Shown here one piece after another: positions 17,501-27,018 of a DNA stretch of 64,000 nt (positions are counted from its first letter, which is position 1; every line of letters starts with the position of its first letter). The DNA lies in the NCBI GenBank assembly GCA_041569895.1, contig JBFFXF010000001.1, positions 1,043-65,042 on the forward strand, given 5' to 3'. The notes beneath the pieces are model-generated. The model was not told where the DNA came from and searched no databases. It saw only the letters and a list, made by a program, of their open reading frames with translations. The position numbers and the translations under genes are program-made. This DNA comes from Planctomycetota bacterium (GTDB taxonomy: Bacteria > Planctomycetota > UBA8108 > JACQVS01).

Positions 17501-19384
17501 CTACGGACACTCCCCCTCCCCCGCGATGCTGACGCCCTGTGAGGCCGCGACGCAGGCGTTCGAGTAGGTGCGGCCGTCGCACCCGCAGACCGGATCGAAG
17601 ACGGCCGGGCAGATGCCCGGGCGTTCCCGGCACGTGCCGCGCGCGTCGCACTGGCCGGGCTCCTTGGCGCAGACCTGATCGGCGTTGCAGTCGCGATTGT
17701 CGGCGCAGCCGCCCGGCTCGTCGCACGGGCCCCTCGACGCGACGCTGGCGCCTGCCGCGAACGCCAGACAGGCGTTCGAGTAGGTCCTGCCGTCGCAGCC
17801 GCAGACCGGATCGAGGATGCGCGGACACGCGAGCGGTCGGGGCTCGCACGCGCCGGCGACGTCGCACTCGCCGTCGGGACGCCGGCAGAGGAACCCCTCG
17901 CCGCACTCGGCGTTTGCACGGCACTTCCGTGGCGCTTCACATTCGCCCTCGTGGAGGATGCTGACGCCGGCCGAGGCCGCGTTGCACGCGTTGCCGTACG
18001 TCCTGCCGTCACAGCCGCAGACCGGGTCGAAGAGCGCGATGCAGATCTCCGGTCGGGGCGCGCAGTCGCCCGGAGCGCCGCACCGTCCGGGCGGCCGCGA
18101 GCAGAAGGAGCCCGCGCCGCACTCCTCGTTCGTCGTGCAGCCGTCGACCGGCTCGCACTCGCCGCGGCTCGCCACGTTGACGCCGGCCGCGGCGGCCTCG
18201 CACGCGTTGCCGTAGGTCTCGCCGTCGCATCCGCAGACGGGATCGAAGACGTCGGGACACGCCACCGGAATTTCCGAGCAGGCTCCCGGGCCGGCGCAGT
18301 CTCCGGGCTCGCGTTGACAGTACCGGCCGCGAGGGCAGTCGATGTTCGTCTTGCACTCGACGTCGGCGCACTGCCCGCCGTGCAGGACGTTGACACCGAC
18401 CGAGGCCGCCTCGCACTCGTTTCCGTACGTCCTGCCGTCGCACCCGCACACCGGGTCGAAGATCTCGGGACAGCCGAGGGGACGCACGGCGCACTCCCCG
18501 GCCGCGTCGCATTCGCCCGGCGCCCTCTTGCAGTACTGGGCGCGATCGCACTCGCCGTTGTCGACGCATCGTTCGGTCGGCTCGCACGGCCCGGGCCGGA
18601 GGACGCTGACGCCGGCGCGCGCCGCCTCGCAGCGGTTGCCGTAGGTCACGCCGTCGCAGCCGCAGACCGGATCGAAGATCAGCGGACATATGCCCGGCAC
18701 TGCCTGGCAGATCCCCTCGCCGTCGCAGTCGCCGTCGGACCGCGCGCACCAGAGGCCCTTGGCGCATTCCGCGTTCGACGCGCACGCTTCCTGGCCGCAC
18801 TCGCCCTCGCTGGCCACGTTGACGCCGGCCGCGGCAGCCTCGCACGCGTTGCCGTACGTCTTTCCGTCGCAGCCGCAGACCGGATCGAAGATGCGCGGAC
18901 ACGCCTGCGGTCGCTCGCGGCAGGAGCCGACGCCCTCGCAGTCGCCGGTCGCCTTCGCGCAGAAGAAGCCCTCGGGACAGCAGTCGTTCGTGTCGCAGCC
19001 CTCGTCGCACCGTGGGTAGCTGACGCAATCGAGCCGGTCGGGGGTCGGGTCCGGACCGCAGCGATCGGGTCCGGGCGCGGGAGGCGGCGGTCCGCCTCCG
19101 AAGAGGAAGGTGAAGATATAGATCGGGTCGCTGAGGTCGAGCCCGCCGGTGTCGTTGGAGTCGGCGGCGTCGCGGCACGTCGGCTCCTTGCCGCCGAGGA
19201 AGAGGAATCCGAGGATCATCACGCCGTCGGAGAGATCGAGAACGGCGTCGACGTTGGCGTCACCTCGGCGGAAGCCGCAGTCGGCCGCGACCCGCGGCGG
19301 GACCACGGCGCAAATCAGAACGGCGACGACCGCGGTGACCGCGACCACGCGCGGGACCGGGAAAGAGCGACGGCTTTTGGACAT
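17501..19384 (-). CDS. secreted multi-Kazal serine protease inhibitor-like protein (7 Kazal domains) with N-terminal dockerin-like EF-hand pair
   Basis: Signal peptide ([28 protein letters not shown]). Dockerin-like [24 protein letters not shown] and [24 protein letters not shown]. Seven repeats of [27 protein letters not shown]. ATG at 19382-19384. Confidence 0.8.
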   Translation of the reverse strand: MSKSRRSFPVPRVVAVTAVVAVLICAVVPPRVAADCGFRRGDANVDAVLDLSDGVMILGFLFLGGKEPTCRDAADSNDTGGLDLSDPIYIFTFLFGGGPPPPAPGPDRCGPDPTPDRLDCVSYPRCDEGCDTNDCCPEGFFCAKATGDCEGVGSCRERPQACPRIFDPVCGCDGKTYGNACEAAAAGVNVASEGECGQEACASNAECAKGLWCARSDGDCDGEGICQAVPGICPLIFDPVCGCDGVTYGNRCEAARAGVSVLRPGPCEPTERCVDNGECDRAQYCKRAPGECDAAGECAVRPLGCPEIFDPVCGCDGRTYGNECEAASVGVNVLHGGQCADVECKTNIDCPRGRYCQREPGDCAGPGACSEIPVACPDVFDPVCGCDGETYGNACEAAAAGVNVASRGECEPVDGCTTNEECGAGSFCSRPPGRCGAPGDCAPRPEICIALFDPVCGCDGRTYGNACNAASAGVSILHEGECEAPRKCRANAECGEGFLCRRPDGECDVAGACEPRPLACPRILDPVCGCDGRTYSNACLAFAAGASVASRGPCDEPGGCADNRDCNADQVCAKEPGQCDARGTCRERPGICPAVFDPVCGCDGRTYSNACVAASQGVSIAGEGECP

Positions 19385-19745
19385 GGCGGTAGCGTCCTCC
19401 CTCGCACCGGTGTACGGCGCCCTGAACGCGCCGAGTGCACGCGCAGCGCGCGCCCGGCAGCGTTCTCGGCCTGCGGCAAACAGGACCCACCCAGAAGGAC
19501 CTTGAAGAGCGAGTATACCAGAACGTAGCATGACGTGAACGGATTTCGTCCAAGGCCGCCGTTTCGGGCCCGGTCGGTCCGCACGGATCGACGCGCACGG
19601 CAAGGCTCGGGCCACGTTCGGAAAAAAGAGTGGCACGTTCGAGTGGCCGGAGCCGATAGACGTGCTGATGCGGGGGCCCGCTCCCCCGATTCGGAGCATC
19701 GGTTCTCGGAATTCATCAGGACAGAGACGCTCGGGAATTCGAACC

Positions 19746-21173
19746 ATGGCAGCGCATAGATCAAAGAAGGCGGCTCCGATTCGCTTTCTCTTCGAGAACT
19801 CCCTCTTTCTCATCGTCGGCGCCGTCGCCGGGCTTGTCTGGGCGAACTACGATCCGGAGAGCTACGACGCGTTCAAGCACCTCGAGATCTGGCCGTTCGA
19901 GGAGACCGTCGAACAGGTCGGCGGAGGCGCCGTCGAGGATGGCGGCGAGGTCGCGGCGGTCCCGGGGGAGCCGGTCGCGGTCGATGCGGGTGTCGCCGCC
20001 GAGGGCGCGGTCGCCGCGGCTGCGGGAGCCGTGGGCGGTCAGGGAACGCAGAAACACGACCACAACACGCTCCTCTTCCTGATCAACGACATCCTGATGG
20101 CGCTCTTCTTCGCCATCGCCGCCAAGGAGGTCTGGGAGGCCTTGCTTCCCGGCGGGGCGCTGTCGAGCCGGCGAAAGGCCGCGACACCGCTGATGGCGAC
20201 GCTCGGCGGCATGGTCGGTCCGGCGGGGCTCTTCCTGCTGGGCGTCTGGATCTTCAAAGCGCCCGAGCTGTCTCGCGGGTGGGCGATCCCCTGCGCCACG
20301 GACATCGCATTCAGCTACATGATCGCGCGGCTGATCTTCGGCGCCGGCCACCCGGCGATCGCCTTCCTCCTCCTGCTCGCCATCGCCGACGACGCCGCGG
20401 GTCTGATGATCCTCGCCGCCTTCTACCCGCAAGCCGAGCCGGCTCCGATGTGGCTGCTGGTGACGGTCGGGGCGGTGGTCCTCGGCTTCGTGCTCCGCAA
20501 GTTCCGCCTGCAGAGCTTCTGGTGGTACCTGCTGATCCCCGGCGTCCTCAGCTGGTACTCCATGCTCAAGGCGGGGCTTCACCCGGCGCTCGGGCTGGTG
20601 CCGATCATCCCGACGATGCCCCACGCGCACACCGACCTGGGCGTGTTCGCGCGCGAGGAGCTCAACCGCGACGACACGCTGAACGCCTTCGAGCACTGGT
20701 GGAAGAACCCGGTGGAGCTCATCCTCGGGCTCTTCGGTCTGGTCAACGCGGGCGTCGTCTTCTCGAACGTCGGGCTGGCGACGTGGCTCGTGCTCGTCGG
20801 TCTCCTGGTCGGCAAGCCCCTCGGCGTCGCCGTCTTCACGTGGATCGGCCAGAAGATGTTCCGCCTGGAGATACCCAACGGCATGGGCTACCGCGAGGTG
20901 ATCACCATCGGCATGATCGCCGGTATCGGGTTCACCGTCGCGCTCTTCGTGGCGACAGCGGCATTCCCGCCGGGCACCGCGCTCGACGCGGCGAAGATGG
21001 GCGCCCTGGCGAGCTTCTTCGCAGCCGTGCTCGCGTACGTCTTCGCGCGCGCCGTCGGCATCCGGCGGACGCAGTCGCAGTCGTCGCGCACGGCGCCGCC
21101 ACCGCCGCAGGCCAGCGAGCCGATGGACGACACCGGCGAGCCGCAGAACGCGGAAGAGGAAGTCACCGCGTGA
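19746..21173 (+). CDS. nhaA: Na+/H+ antiporter NhaA
   Basis: NhaA TM2-like [28 protein letters not shown] and [22 protein letters not shown] motifs. Carries an unusual Gly/Ala-rich insertion of about 60 aa near the N-terminus. Confidence 0.85.
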   Translation: MAAHRSKKAAPIRFLFENSLFLIVGAVAGLVWANYDPESYDAFKHLEIWPFEETVEQVGGGAVEDGGEVAAVPGEPVAVDAGVAAEGAVAAAAGAVGGQGTQKHDHNTLLFLINDILMALFFAIAAKEVWEALLPGGALSSRRKAATPLMATLGGMVGPAGLFLLGVWIFKAPELSRGWAIPCATDIAFSYMIARLIFGAGHPAIAFLLLLAIADDAAGLMILAAFYPQAEPAPMWLLVTVGAVVLGFVLRKFRLQSFWWYLLIPGVLSWYSMLKAGLHPALGLVPIIPTMPHAHTDLGVFAREELNRDDTLNAFEHWWKNPVELILGLFGLVNAGVVFSNVGLATWLVLVGLLVGKPLGVAVFTWIGQKMFRLEIPNGMGYREVITIGMIAGIGFTVALFVATAAFPPGTALDAAKMGALASFFAAVLAYVFARAVGIRRTQSQSSRTAPPPPQASEPMDDTGEPQNAEEEVTA

Positions 21174-21210
21174 TCGGCGTGTGACGTCGCCACCGCGCCG
21201 CGCTCCGACT

Positions 21211-21786
21211 TTACGACCTGAAGTAGTCCGGCTCGTTCCCCGGCCGCCATTTGATGTTGCAGCCGATGCTGTTCTTCTGCTCGGCCGGCGGCTCCTTCTT
21301 CGACAGCAACGCCTCGACCGCCGCCGTCAGGTCGGCTCCGGTCGGCGCGGCTCCGTCCGGGCGTGACTCGTCGTAGCGCCCCCGGTAGAAGAGACGGTGG
21401 TCGGCGTCGAAGAGGAAGAAGTCGGGCGTGCACGCCGCCCGGTACGCCTTCGCGACCTCCTGGCTCTCGTCGTAGAGGTAGGGGAACGTGTAGCCGATCT
21501 CCGCCACCTCGAGCGTCATCATCTCGGGACTGTCGTCCGGATGCGTCTCGACGTCGTTGGACGAGATCCCCACCACGGCGACGCCCTTCTCCTGGTAAGT
21601 CTCGCACGTCTTCGCGAGGTGCTCGCGGATGTGCTTGACGAACGGGCAGTGGTTGCAGATGAACATGACGAGGAGCGGTTTGCCCTCGAAGTCCGTCCTG
21701 GTGACCGTCTCGAGGTCGGTGTCGGGCAGGGAGAAATCCGGCGCGCGAGTGCCGAGCTCGACCATCGTCGATGGCGTCAGTACCAT
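21211..21786 (-). CDS. thioredoxin-fold thiol:disulfide oxidoreductase (redoxin / AhpC-TSA-like)
   Basis: CNHCPFV CxxC motif in a thioredoxin-like context, about 190 aa. Confidence 0.7.
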   Translation of the reverse strand: MVLTPSTMVELGTRAPDFSLPDTDLETVTRTDFEGKPLLVMFICNHCPFVKHIREHLAKTCETYQEKGVAVVGISSNDVETHPDDSPEMMTLEVAEIGYTFPYLYDESQEVAKAYRAACTPDFFLFDADHRLFYRGRYDESRPDGAAPTGADLTAAVEALLSKKEPPAEQKNSIGCNIKWRPGNEPDYFRS

Positions 21787-21853
21787 GTCACTCTCCTTCG
21801 GTGTGTTGTCGACCCGGACCTGCTAAACATAGATAGGCGAATAGAGCAGGTCG

Positions 21854-23071
21854 TCACCTCCGTGTCGCCCACCGCACGGCGTTGGCGAGCACGCGCCGGT
21901 GCGGCTCCTCGGAGGCGTAGTAATCCCAGCCGCAGTAGACCACCGCGCCCTCTCCGAGCCTCGACAGGCCGACGACGATGCCGCCGTCCTGCGCGGTGGC
22001 GAGCGCCGTCATGCGCGCGGCCGACTGGACGCGGATGGGGAAAGTCGCGTTGGCGTACGGAATCGTCGACGGGACGCCGCGGACGATGGCGTGCTTCTTG
22101 ACGACGGTGGCCGTGGACGAGTTCGACGACCCCGAGCAGGACAGCAGCCGGCTCGCCGACAGGAACTGCAGGTTCGCCGTGCCGCCGCACGAGATCACCA
22201 CGCCACCCTCCCGGACGAAGCGCACGAGGTCGCGAGAGCACTCGGTTGCGAGGACCGACAGTTGCTCGTTGCTGCTCTCGAACTCCGGCAGCAGCACCGC
22301 GCCGCAGCGCTTCAGCCGCCGGCGAAAATCGGGCGCCGACGTGCTCTCGAACTCGTCGAGCCGCGCTCGCGTGCCGCGGAGGATCTCGGACACGTTCGCG
22401 TACTCGCCGGACACGTCGGTCCACGTCTTGATGACGAGGAGCCGGTCGGAGCCGCCTCGCCCCGGTCCCGTGCCGATGGTGATGCGCTCGACGTCGCGTC
22501 GCGCCAGGCGAAGCGCGCCATAGGACGACCTCATGCCGACGGAGTCGAGCTCCACCTCGCCGGTGATGGTGAATCGTCTCGCCACCACGGTGTCGTGCGT
22601 GGTGCGCGCCTCCGGCTCGAGCTCGATGATGGTCTCGATGAGGTCTCCGAGCGCCTGCCGGAGCTCATCGGCGTCCTTGCCGTCGATCGCGTTCGCGGCC
22701 GCCTCGCGGAGAACGTCGAGGGCGAGGCTGCCCGCGTCGACGATCGCCTGCCGGCAGCGCTGGCGGGCCTCCGGCTCCTCGGCGTTCCGGAGCGCCTCGA
22801 TCTCGTCCTCGATCGCCGCACGCTCCTCCTCGGAGAGTCGCGCCGCGAGCTCGATGCTGCGGACCTCGGCGATCGGCACCGTGAGGACCCCGTACTTCGT
22901 TGCGACGCGCACGGCGTCGACGTCGATGAAGCCGACGATGACGTCGCCATGCCACGTCAGCACCCGGACCGGCTCGGGCTCCTTCGCGGCCGTGGCATCA
23001 CCGGCCCCATCCGGAGCGGAGGGGATGACGGCGGGGAGGACGACGAGGAGAAGAGAGCAGAGGCTGTTCAT
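21854..23071 (-). CDS. hypothetical secreted protein
   Basis: Start placed at MNSLCSLLLVVLPAVIPSAP signal peptide. No confident family assignment by eye. Confidence 0.5.
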   Translation of the reverse strand: MNSLCSLLLVVLPAVIPSAPDGAGDATAAKEPEPVRVLTWHGDVIVGFIDVDAVRVATKYGVLTVPIAEVRSIELAARLSEEERAAIEDEIEALRNAEEPEARQRCRQAIVDAGSLALDVLREAAANAIDGKDADELRQALGDLIETIIELEPEARTTHDTVVARRFTITGEVELDSVGMRSSYGALRLARRDVERITIGTGPGRGGSDRLLVIKTWTDVSGEYANVSEILRGTRARLDEFESTSAPDFRRRLKRCGAVLLPEFESSNEQLSVLATECSRDLVRFVREGGVVISCGGTANLQFLSASRLLSCSGSSNSSTATVVKKHAIVRGVPSTIPYANATFPIRVQSAARMTALATAQDGGIVVGLSRLGEGAVVYCGWDYYASEEPHRRVLANAVRWATRR

Positions 23072-23211
23072 GACGATCGGGGCCGGGCCGCTCCGGAGGC
23101 GGGGGACAGGTGGCAGTATCCCTCGAGTGTTGTCGCTCGAGTTTCCCCCGGACGCCGCCGGGGACGACAGCCGGCCATCAGTTGCCAGCATAGGGCACCC
23201 CGGGAGGGCGG

Positions 23212-24261
23212 TCAAACTCCGATTTGCGCCCCGGCGCCTGGCGGGGACAGTCGCGCGGCGATCTCGTCCGCGGTTGCCGTCCCGGTGGTGCCGAGCTTGT
23301 GGATGACGACCGCCGCCGCCGCCACCGCGATGCGCAGGGCCTGTTCGAGCGTCGCTCCGCTGGCGAGCATGGCGGTCAGATGCGCAGTGACGGCGTCCCC
23401 GGCTCCGACGATGTCGATCTCGCCGCGCACCGGCTCGGCGAGCACGTGATGGGCGGCGCCCCCGGGCGTCGCGCCGACGATACCATCGGCTGCCAGCGTG
23501 ACCACGCCGGGACGGCCGATGCGTCGCACGACGCCCGCGAGGCGCTCCGCCACGCGCTCGATCGCGGGATCGTCGCCGAGTCCCTGCCAGGCCGTGAACT
23601 CGGCGCGGTTCATCTTGAATCCGACCGGCGGGAAGTGCGCCAGGCCGCGACGGCTGTCGGCGATCATGAACACGTCGGGCCGCTGCGCGGCGACCTCGTC
23701 GACCGTGGCGAGCACGCCGTCCGTGAAGACACCGGTGCCCGCGACGTCGACCTGCTCGAGGAAGATCAGCGCGTCCACCTCGCCGGCCCCGAGCGATCGC
23801 AGCGACTCGCAGAGCCGCTCGGTGACCCCGGGCGGCGTCGGCGACCAGTTCTTGATGTCGATGCGCTCGAGCTCGCGCGGCGGGCGACCCGCCTCCATCA
23901 CGAGCGGCTTGGTGTACGTGAACGTCCGGCGCTCCCCGGTCCTGAAAAAATGGTCGAGCCGCACGCCCGGAAGCGCCTCGAGCGCGCGGACCAGCTCCCA
24001 GCCCTCGCCGTCCTCGCCGGCGAAGCCGACCGGCAGCAGCGTGCCGACACCGAGCGCGGCGAGGTTGGTGAGAATGGTGCCGGCGCCGCCGGGCTGGCAG
24101 CGAACCGAGACCACGTTGCGGACCGGCAGGCCGGTCTCGAGAGAGTCCTCTCGGCGATCCGGGTCGATCTCGAAGTAGCGGTCGAGGCAGTAGTCGCCGG
24201 CGACGGCCACGCGCAGCCCGCCGAGGCGGGAAGCGAGCTGACGGTACGTTTCAGGGTTCAT
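23212..24261 (-). CDS. PfkB-family carbohydrate kinase (RfaE/HldE domain I-like heptose-7-phosphate kinase candidate)
   Basis: GGAGTILTNLAALG and DIVGAGDAVTAHL (DxxGAGD) motifs. Divergent from gmhA. Confidence 0.7.
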   Translation of the reverse strand: MNPETYRQLASRLGGLRVAVAGDYCLDRYFEIDPDRREDSLETGLPVRNVVSVRCQPGGAGTILTNLAALGVGTLLPVGFAGEDGEGWELVRALEALPGVRLDHFFRTGERRTFTYTKPLVMEAGRPPRELERIDIKNWSPTPPGVTERLCESLRSLGAGEVDALIFLEQVDVAGTGVFTDGVLATVDEVAAQRPDVFMIADSRRGLAHFPPVGFKMNRAEFTAWQGLGDDPAIERVAERLAGVVRRIGRPGVVTLAADGIVGATPGGAAHHVLAEPVRGEIDIVGAGDAVTAHLTAMLASGATLEQALRIAVAAAAVVIHKLGTTGTATADEIAARLSPPGAGAQIGV

Positions 24262-24400
24262 GAAGCGCTCCAGGAGCCGTGTTCGGGCGGCATTCGCCGC
24301 CCCGCCCTGTTATAGTTCGCTCCGTCGCCGGGATCGACCCCCCGCTCGGAGATCTCCGGGCGAGATGCCGGCCGCACGCTCGGCTGCACGGAGAGACGTC

Positions 24401-25048
24401 ATGGCCAGAAAAGCCACGAAGAGAGAGACGAAGGGAGCCGCGTCGCGCTTCGACGCAGATTCCGCGGGCCGCTGGGTCGAGGACTACATCGACGCCCACA
24501 AGCGAGCGCTCGACTCGATCCCCAGGCAGCAAGTCACGGCGCTCCTGGAGGAGCTGCAGGCCGCCCTCCGCGAGGACCGCGGCATCTTCGTGTTCGGCAA
24601 CGGCGGCAGCGCCGCCAACGCCTCGCACTTCATCACCGATCTCGGCAAGGGCGCGTCGGACGTGACCGAGCCCGCCGGCGCGGGCCGCTTCCGCTGCCTG
24701 TCGCTCAACGACAACGTCAGCTGGATGACCGCGATCGGCAACGACTACGCCTACCAGGACATCTTTCGCCGCCAGCTCGAGAACTTCGCCCGCCCCGGCG
24801 ACATCGCCATGACGCTGAGCGTCAGCGGCAGCTCCCCGAACGTCGTCGAGGCGATCACGTGGGCCCGCGAGCACGGCCTCAGGACCATCGCGCTCGTCGG
24901 CGGCAAGAAGGGAAAGCTCGCCGAGGTTGCCGAGGAGGTGATCGTCATCGACGACCGCCACTACGGCCGCGTCGAGGATGTCCAGATGACGATCTGCCAC
25001 ATGCTCTGCTACGCGTTCATGGAAGGAGCGGTGCCGCCGCCGGCGTGA
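24401..25048 (+). CDS. gmhA: phosphoheptose isomerase (SIS domain)
   Basis: GNGGSAANASHFITDL and SVSGSS motifs, about 215 aa. Confidence 0.85.
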   Translation: MARKATKRETKGAASRFDADSAGRWVEDYIDAHKRALDSIPRQQVTALLEELQAALREDRGIFVFGNGGSAANASHFITDLGKGASDVTEPAGAGRFRCLSLNDNVSWMTAIGNDYAYQDIFRRQLENFARPGDIAMTLSVSGSSPNVVEAITWAREHGLRTIALVGGKKGKLAEVAEEVIVIDDRHYGRVEDVQMTICHMLCYAFMEGAVPPPA

Positions 25049-25412
25049 GCCGGTCCCGCACCCGTCCCCGTTCCCGTCCCCGTCCCCGTTCCCGTCCCCG
25101 TTCCCGTCCCCGTTCCCGGTCCCGGTCCCGGTCCCGGTCCCGTGCCCGTGCCCGTGCCCGTGCCCGTGCCCGTGCCCGAACTCGTGCTCGTCGGCGTACA
25201 CCCGATGAGACTCGGAGTTCTCACTCTCGCGGGGAGCAAGGAACGGGAACGCAGCTGACGCAGATTGAGAAAGCCGCGATCGGCGGGAATCGGTCTCGGA
25301 TCTCTGTCCTCCGACGTCGGACATCGGACATCGGACTCGGGCTCGGAGTCGGAATCGGAGTCGGAGTCGCGTCTTCGAGGACGAGGACGAGGACGAGAGC
25401 AGGGTCCGGGGC
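25049..25412. repeat. composite intergenic hexamer-repeat element: (CCCGTN)n array, conserved core in reverse orientation, (CGGANN)n array and (GAGGAC)n
   Basis: Direct reading. Convergent spacer between gmhA and the M28 peptidase gene. Contains gacgcagattgag, the reverse complement of CTCAATCTGCGTC. Confidence 0.75.
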
Positions 25413-27017
25413 CTAAAAGCGCTGCAGGCGCCGGAAGCGGGGTCGTTCCGCCGCGTTCGCGACCATCCACGTCGTGTCCGCCACCGCGTGGACGATGCGC
25501 TGCATCATGTCGAGCGTCAGTTTCTCGACGTCGTCGCCCGGCTGGTGGTAGTCTCCCTCGTCGTCGGAGTGGAAGACGAGGACGGGGATCTCCCGCGCGA
25601 AGAAGGGGAAGTGGTCGCTTCTCGCGTTGACACGCGAGCCGGCGAAGTTTGGCTCGGCGATTCCAGCGCGCTCCAGGGCGAGGCGCGCCGATCGGTCGAG
25701 GACGTGGCAGTAGAACCCACCCATCGCCAGGACGGTGTTCCTGGTCGAGCGCCCGACCATGTCCATGTTGATCATCGCCACCGTCTGGTCGAGCGGCACC
25801 AGCGGGTGCTCGACGTAGTAGCGTGATCCGAGGAGGCCCTTCTCCTCCGCGTTGAACGCGATGAAGAGCACGCTCCGGCGCGGACGTACCGGCTGGTGAA
25901 CGAACGCGCCGGCGATCTCGAGGAGCGCCGCGGTGCCGCTCGCGTTGTCGTTGGCGCCGTTCATCACCTCGCCGCCGCGGATGCCCTCGTGGTCGAGGTG
26001 CGCCCCGATGACCACCCACTCGTCGCGCACCGCCGGGTCGGCGCCGCGCAGCGCCGCCGCGACGTTCCAGGTCGGCAGCGTCTCGCGCCGGCGATCGAGC
26101 CCGAGCGTCACCTGCACGCCGGTGGCGCGTGAGCGCGGCTGGCGGGACGCATCGATCTCGCGCTGGAGGGCCTCGAGGTCGATCGCTCGCGAGACCTGCT
26201 CGACGAGCCGCTTGCCGGCGAAGACGAAGGGGATGCCCGGGCCGCCGTCGTCATCGGGCCGATCGCCGTCGCCGTTCGCCCCGCCGGCGAGCCCGGAGAT
26301 CGCCCGCCCGCCGCTCGAGCCGAAGTGGCGCTGCCCGCCGCAGTGGATCGGATCGTTGACCAGCACGAGGCCGGCGGCGCCGTGTCGGATGGCGTTCTCG
26401 AGCTTGGTGTCGAAGCGAGCGTGCCGGGTGTGGGTCCTCCCCTCGAACCACGACTCGCGTTCCCGCTCGCGCGGCTCGTGACGCAGGACGAGGACGACCT
26501 TGCCCTTGATGTCGATGCCGTCGTAGTCGTCGTAGTCGTGCTCGGGGGCCGTGATGCCGTAGCCGCAGAAGACGAGCTCCGACGTTGCGCGCCCGCCGCC
26601 GCTCCACGGAAAGATCGCGAAGTCCGGTCCCGGTCGGAGAGGCTGGCCGTCGACCTCGAGGCTGACGTTCTCGAACGCGGTCGCCGCGAGCCGGAACGGT
26701 TGAAAGAAGCGGCGGGGACCGGTGGCGCCGTCCGGCGTCGACCCGACCGGCTCGAGTCCGAGTTGCTCGAAGTGCGACGCGATGTAGAGCGTCGCGAGCT
26801 CGTTCCCGCGCGAGGCCGAGTCGCGCCCCTCGAGCTGATCGCTGGCGAGGAAGCGGACGTGCGCGAGCAGGCGCCGCTGTGTGATGCGAGCGGGATCGAG
26901 AACGGCTGCCGCGTCCGCCACCGCAAGCGGCGACGGGCTCCCGGCGAACGCCAGTGGCTGGAGCAGCGCGACGGCGATCGGAATGACCGTCACCGCCAGC
27001 GCGCGCCGCGTCAGCAC
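25413..27017 (-). CDS. M28-family aminopeptidase with PA domain, secreted
   Basis: GANDNASG, FNAEEKGLLGS and DHFPF motifs. GTG start at 27015-27017 gives signal peptide LTRRALAVTVIPIAVALLQPLAFAG and sits 1 nt after the upstream stop. Confidence 0.75.
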   Translation of the reverse strand: MLTRRALAVTVIPIAVALLQPLAFAGSPSPLAVADAAAVLDPARITQRRLLAHVRFLASDQLEGRDSASRGNELATLYIASHFEQLGLEPVGSTPDGATGPRRFFQPFRLAATAFENVSLEVDGQPLRPGPDFAIFPWSGGGRATSELVFCGYGITAPEHDYDDYDGIDIKGKVVLVLRHEPRERERESWFEGRTHTRHARFDTKLENAIRHGAAGLVLVNDPIHCGGQRHFGSSGGRAISGLAGGANGDGDRPDDDGGPGIPFVFAGKRLVEQVSRAIDLEALQREIDASRQPRSRATGVQVTLGLDRRRETLPTWNVAAALRGADPAVRDEWVVIGAHLDHEGIRGGEVMNGANDNASGTAALLEIAGAFVHQPVRPRRSVLFIAFNAEEKGLLGSRYYVEHPLVPLDQTVAMINMDMVGRSTRNTVLAMGGFYCHVLDRSARLALERAGIAEPNFAGSRVNARSDHFPFFAREIPVLVFHSDDEGDYHQPGDDVEKLTLDMMQRIVHAVADTTWMVANAAERPRFRRLQRF

Positions 27018-27018
27018 G

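Noticed and set aside
17404-19528. Several long ORFs (330, 389 and 525 aa) overlapping the Kazal gene on both strands
   Set aside because: Frames generated by the highly repetitive GC-rich Kazal repeats. Arg-rich, no domains. The Kazal frame has signal peptide and conserved Cys spacing.
25009-26019. 336-aa minus ORF and other ORFs made of GTGTGT / PGPGPG / RSRSRS translations (also 38584-40674 and 60529-61218)
   Set aside because: They are translations of the hexamer repeat arrays running into neighbouring genes; no protein-like composition.
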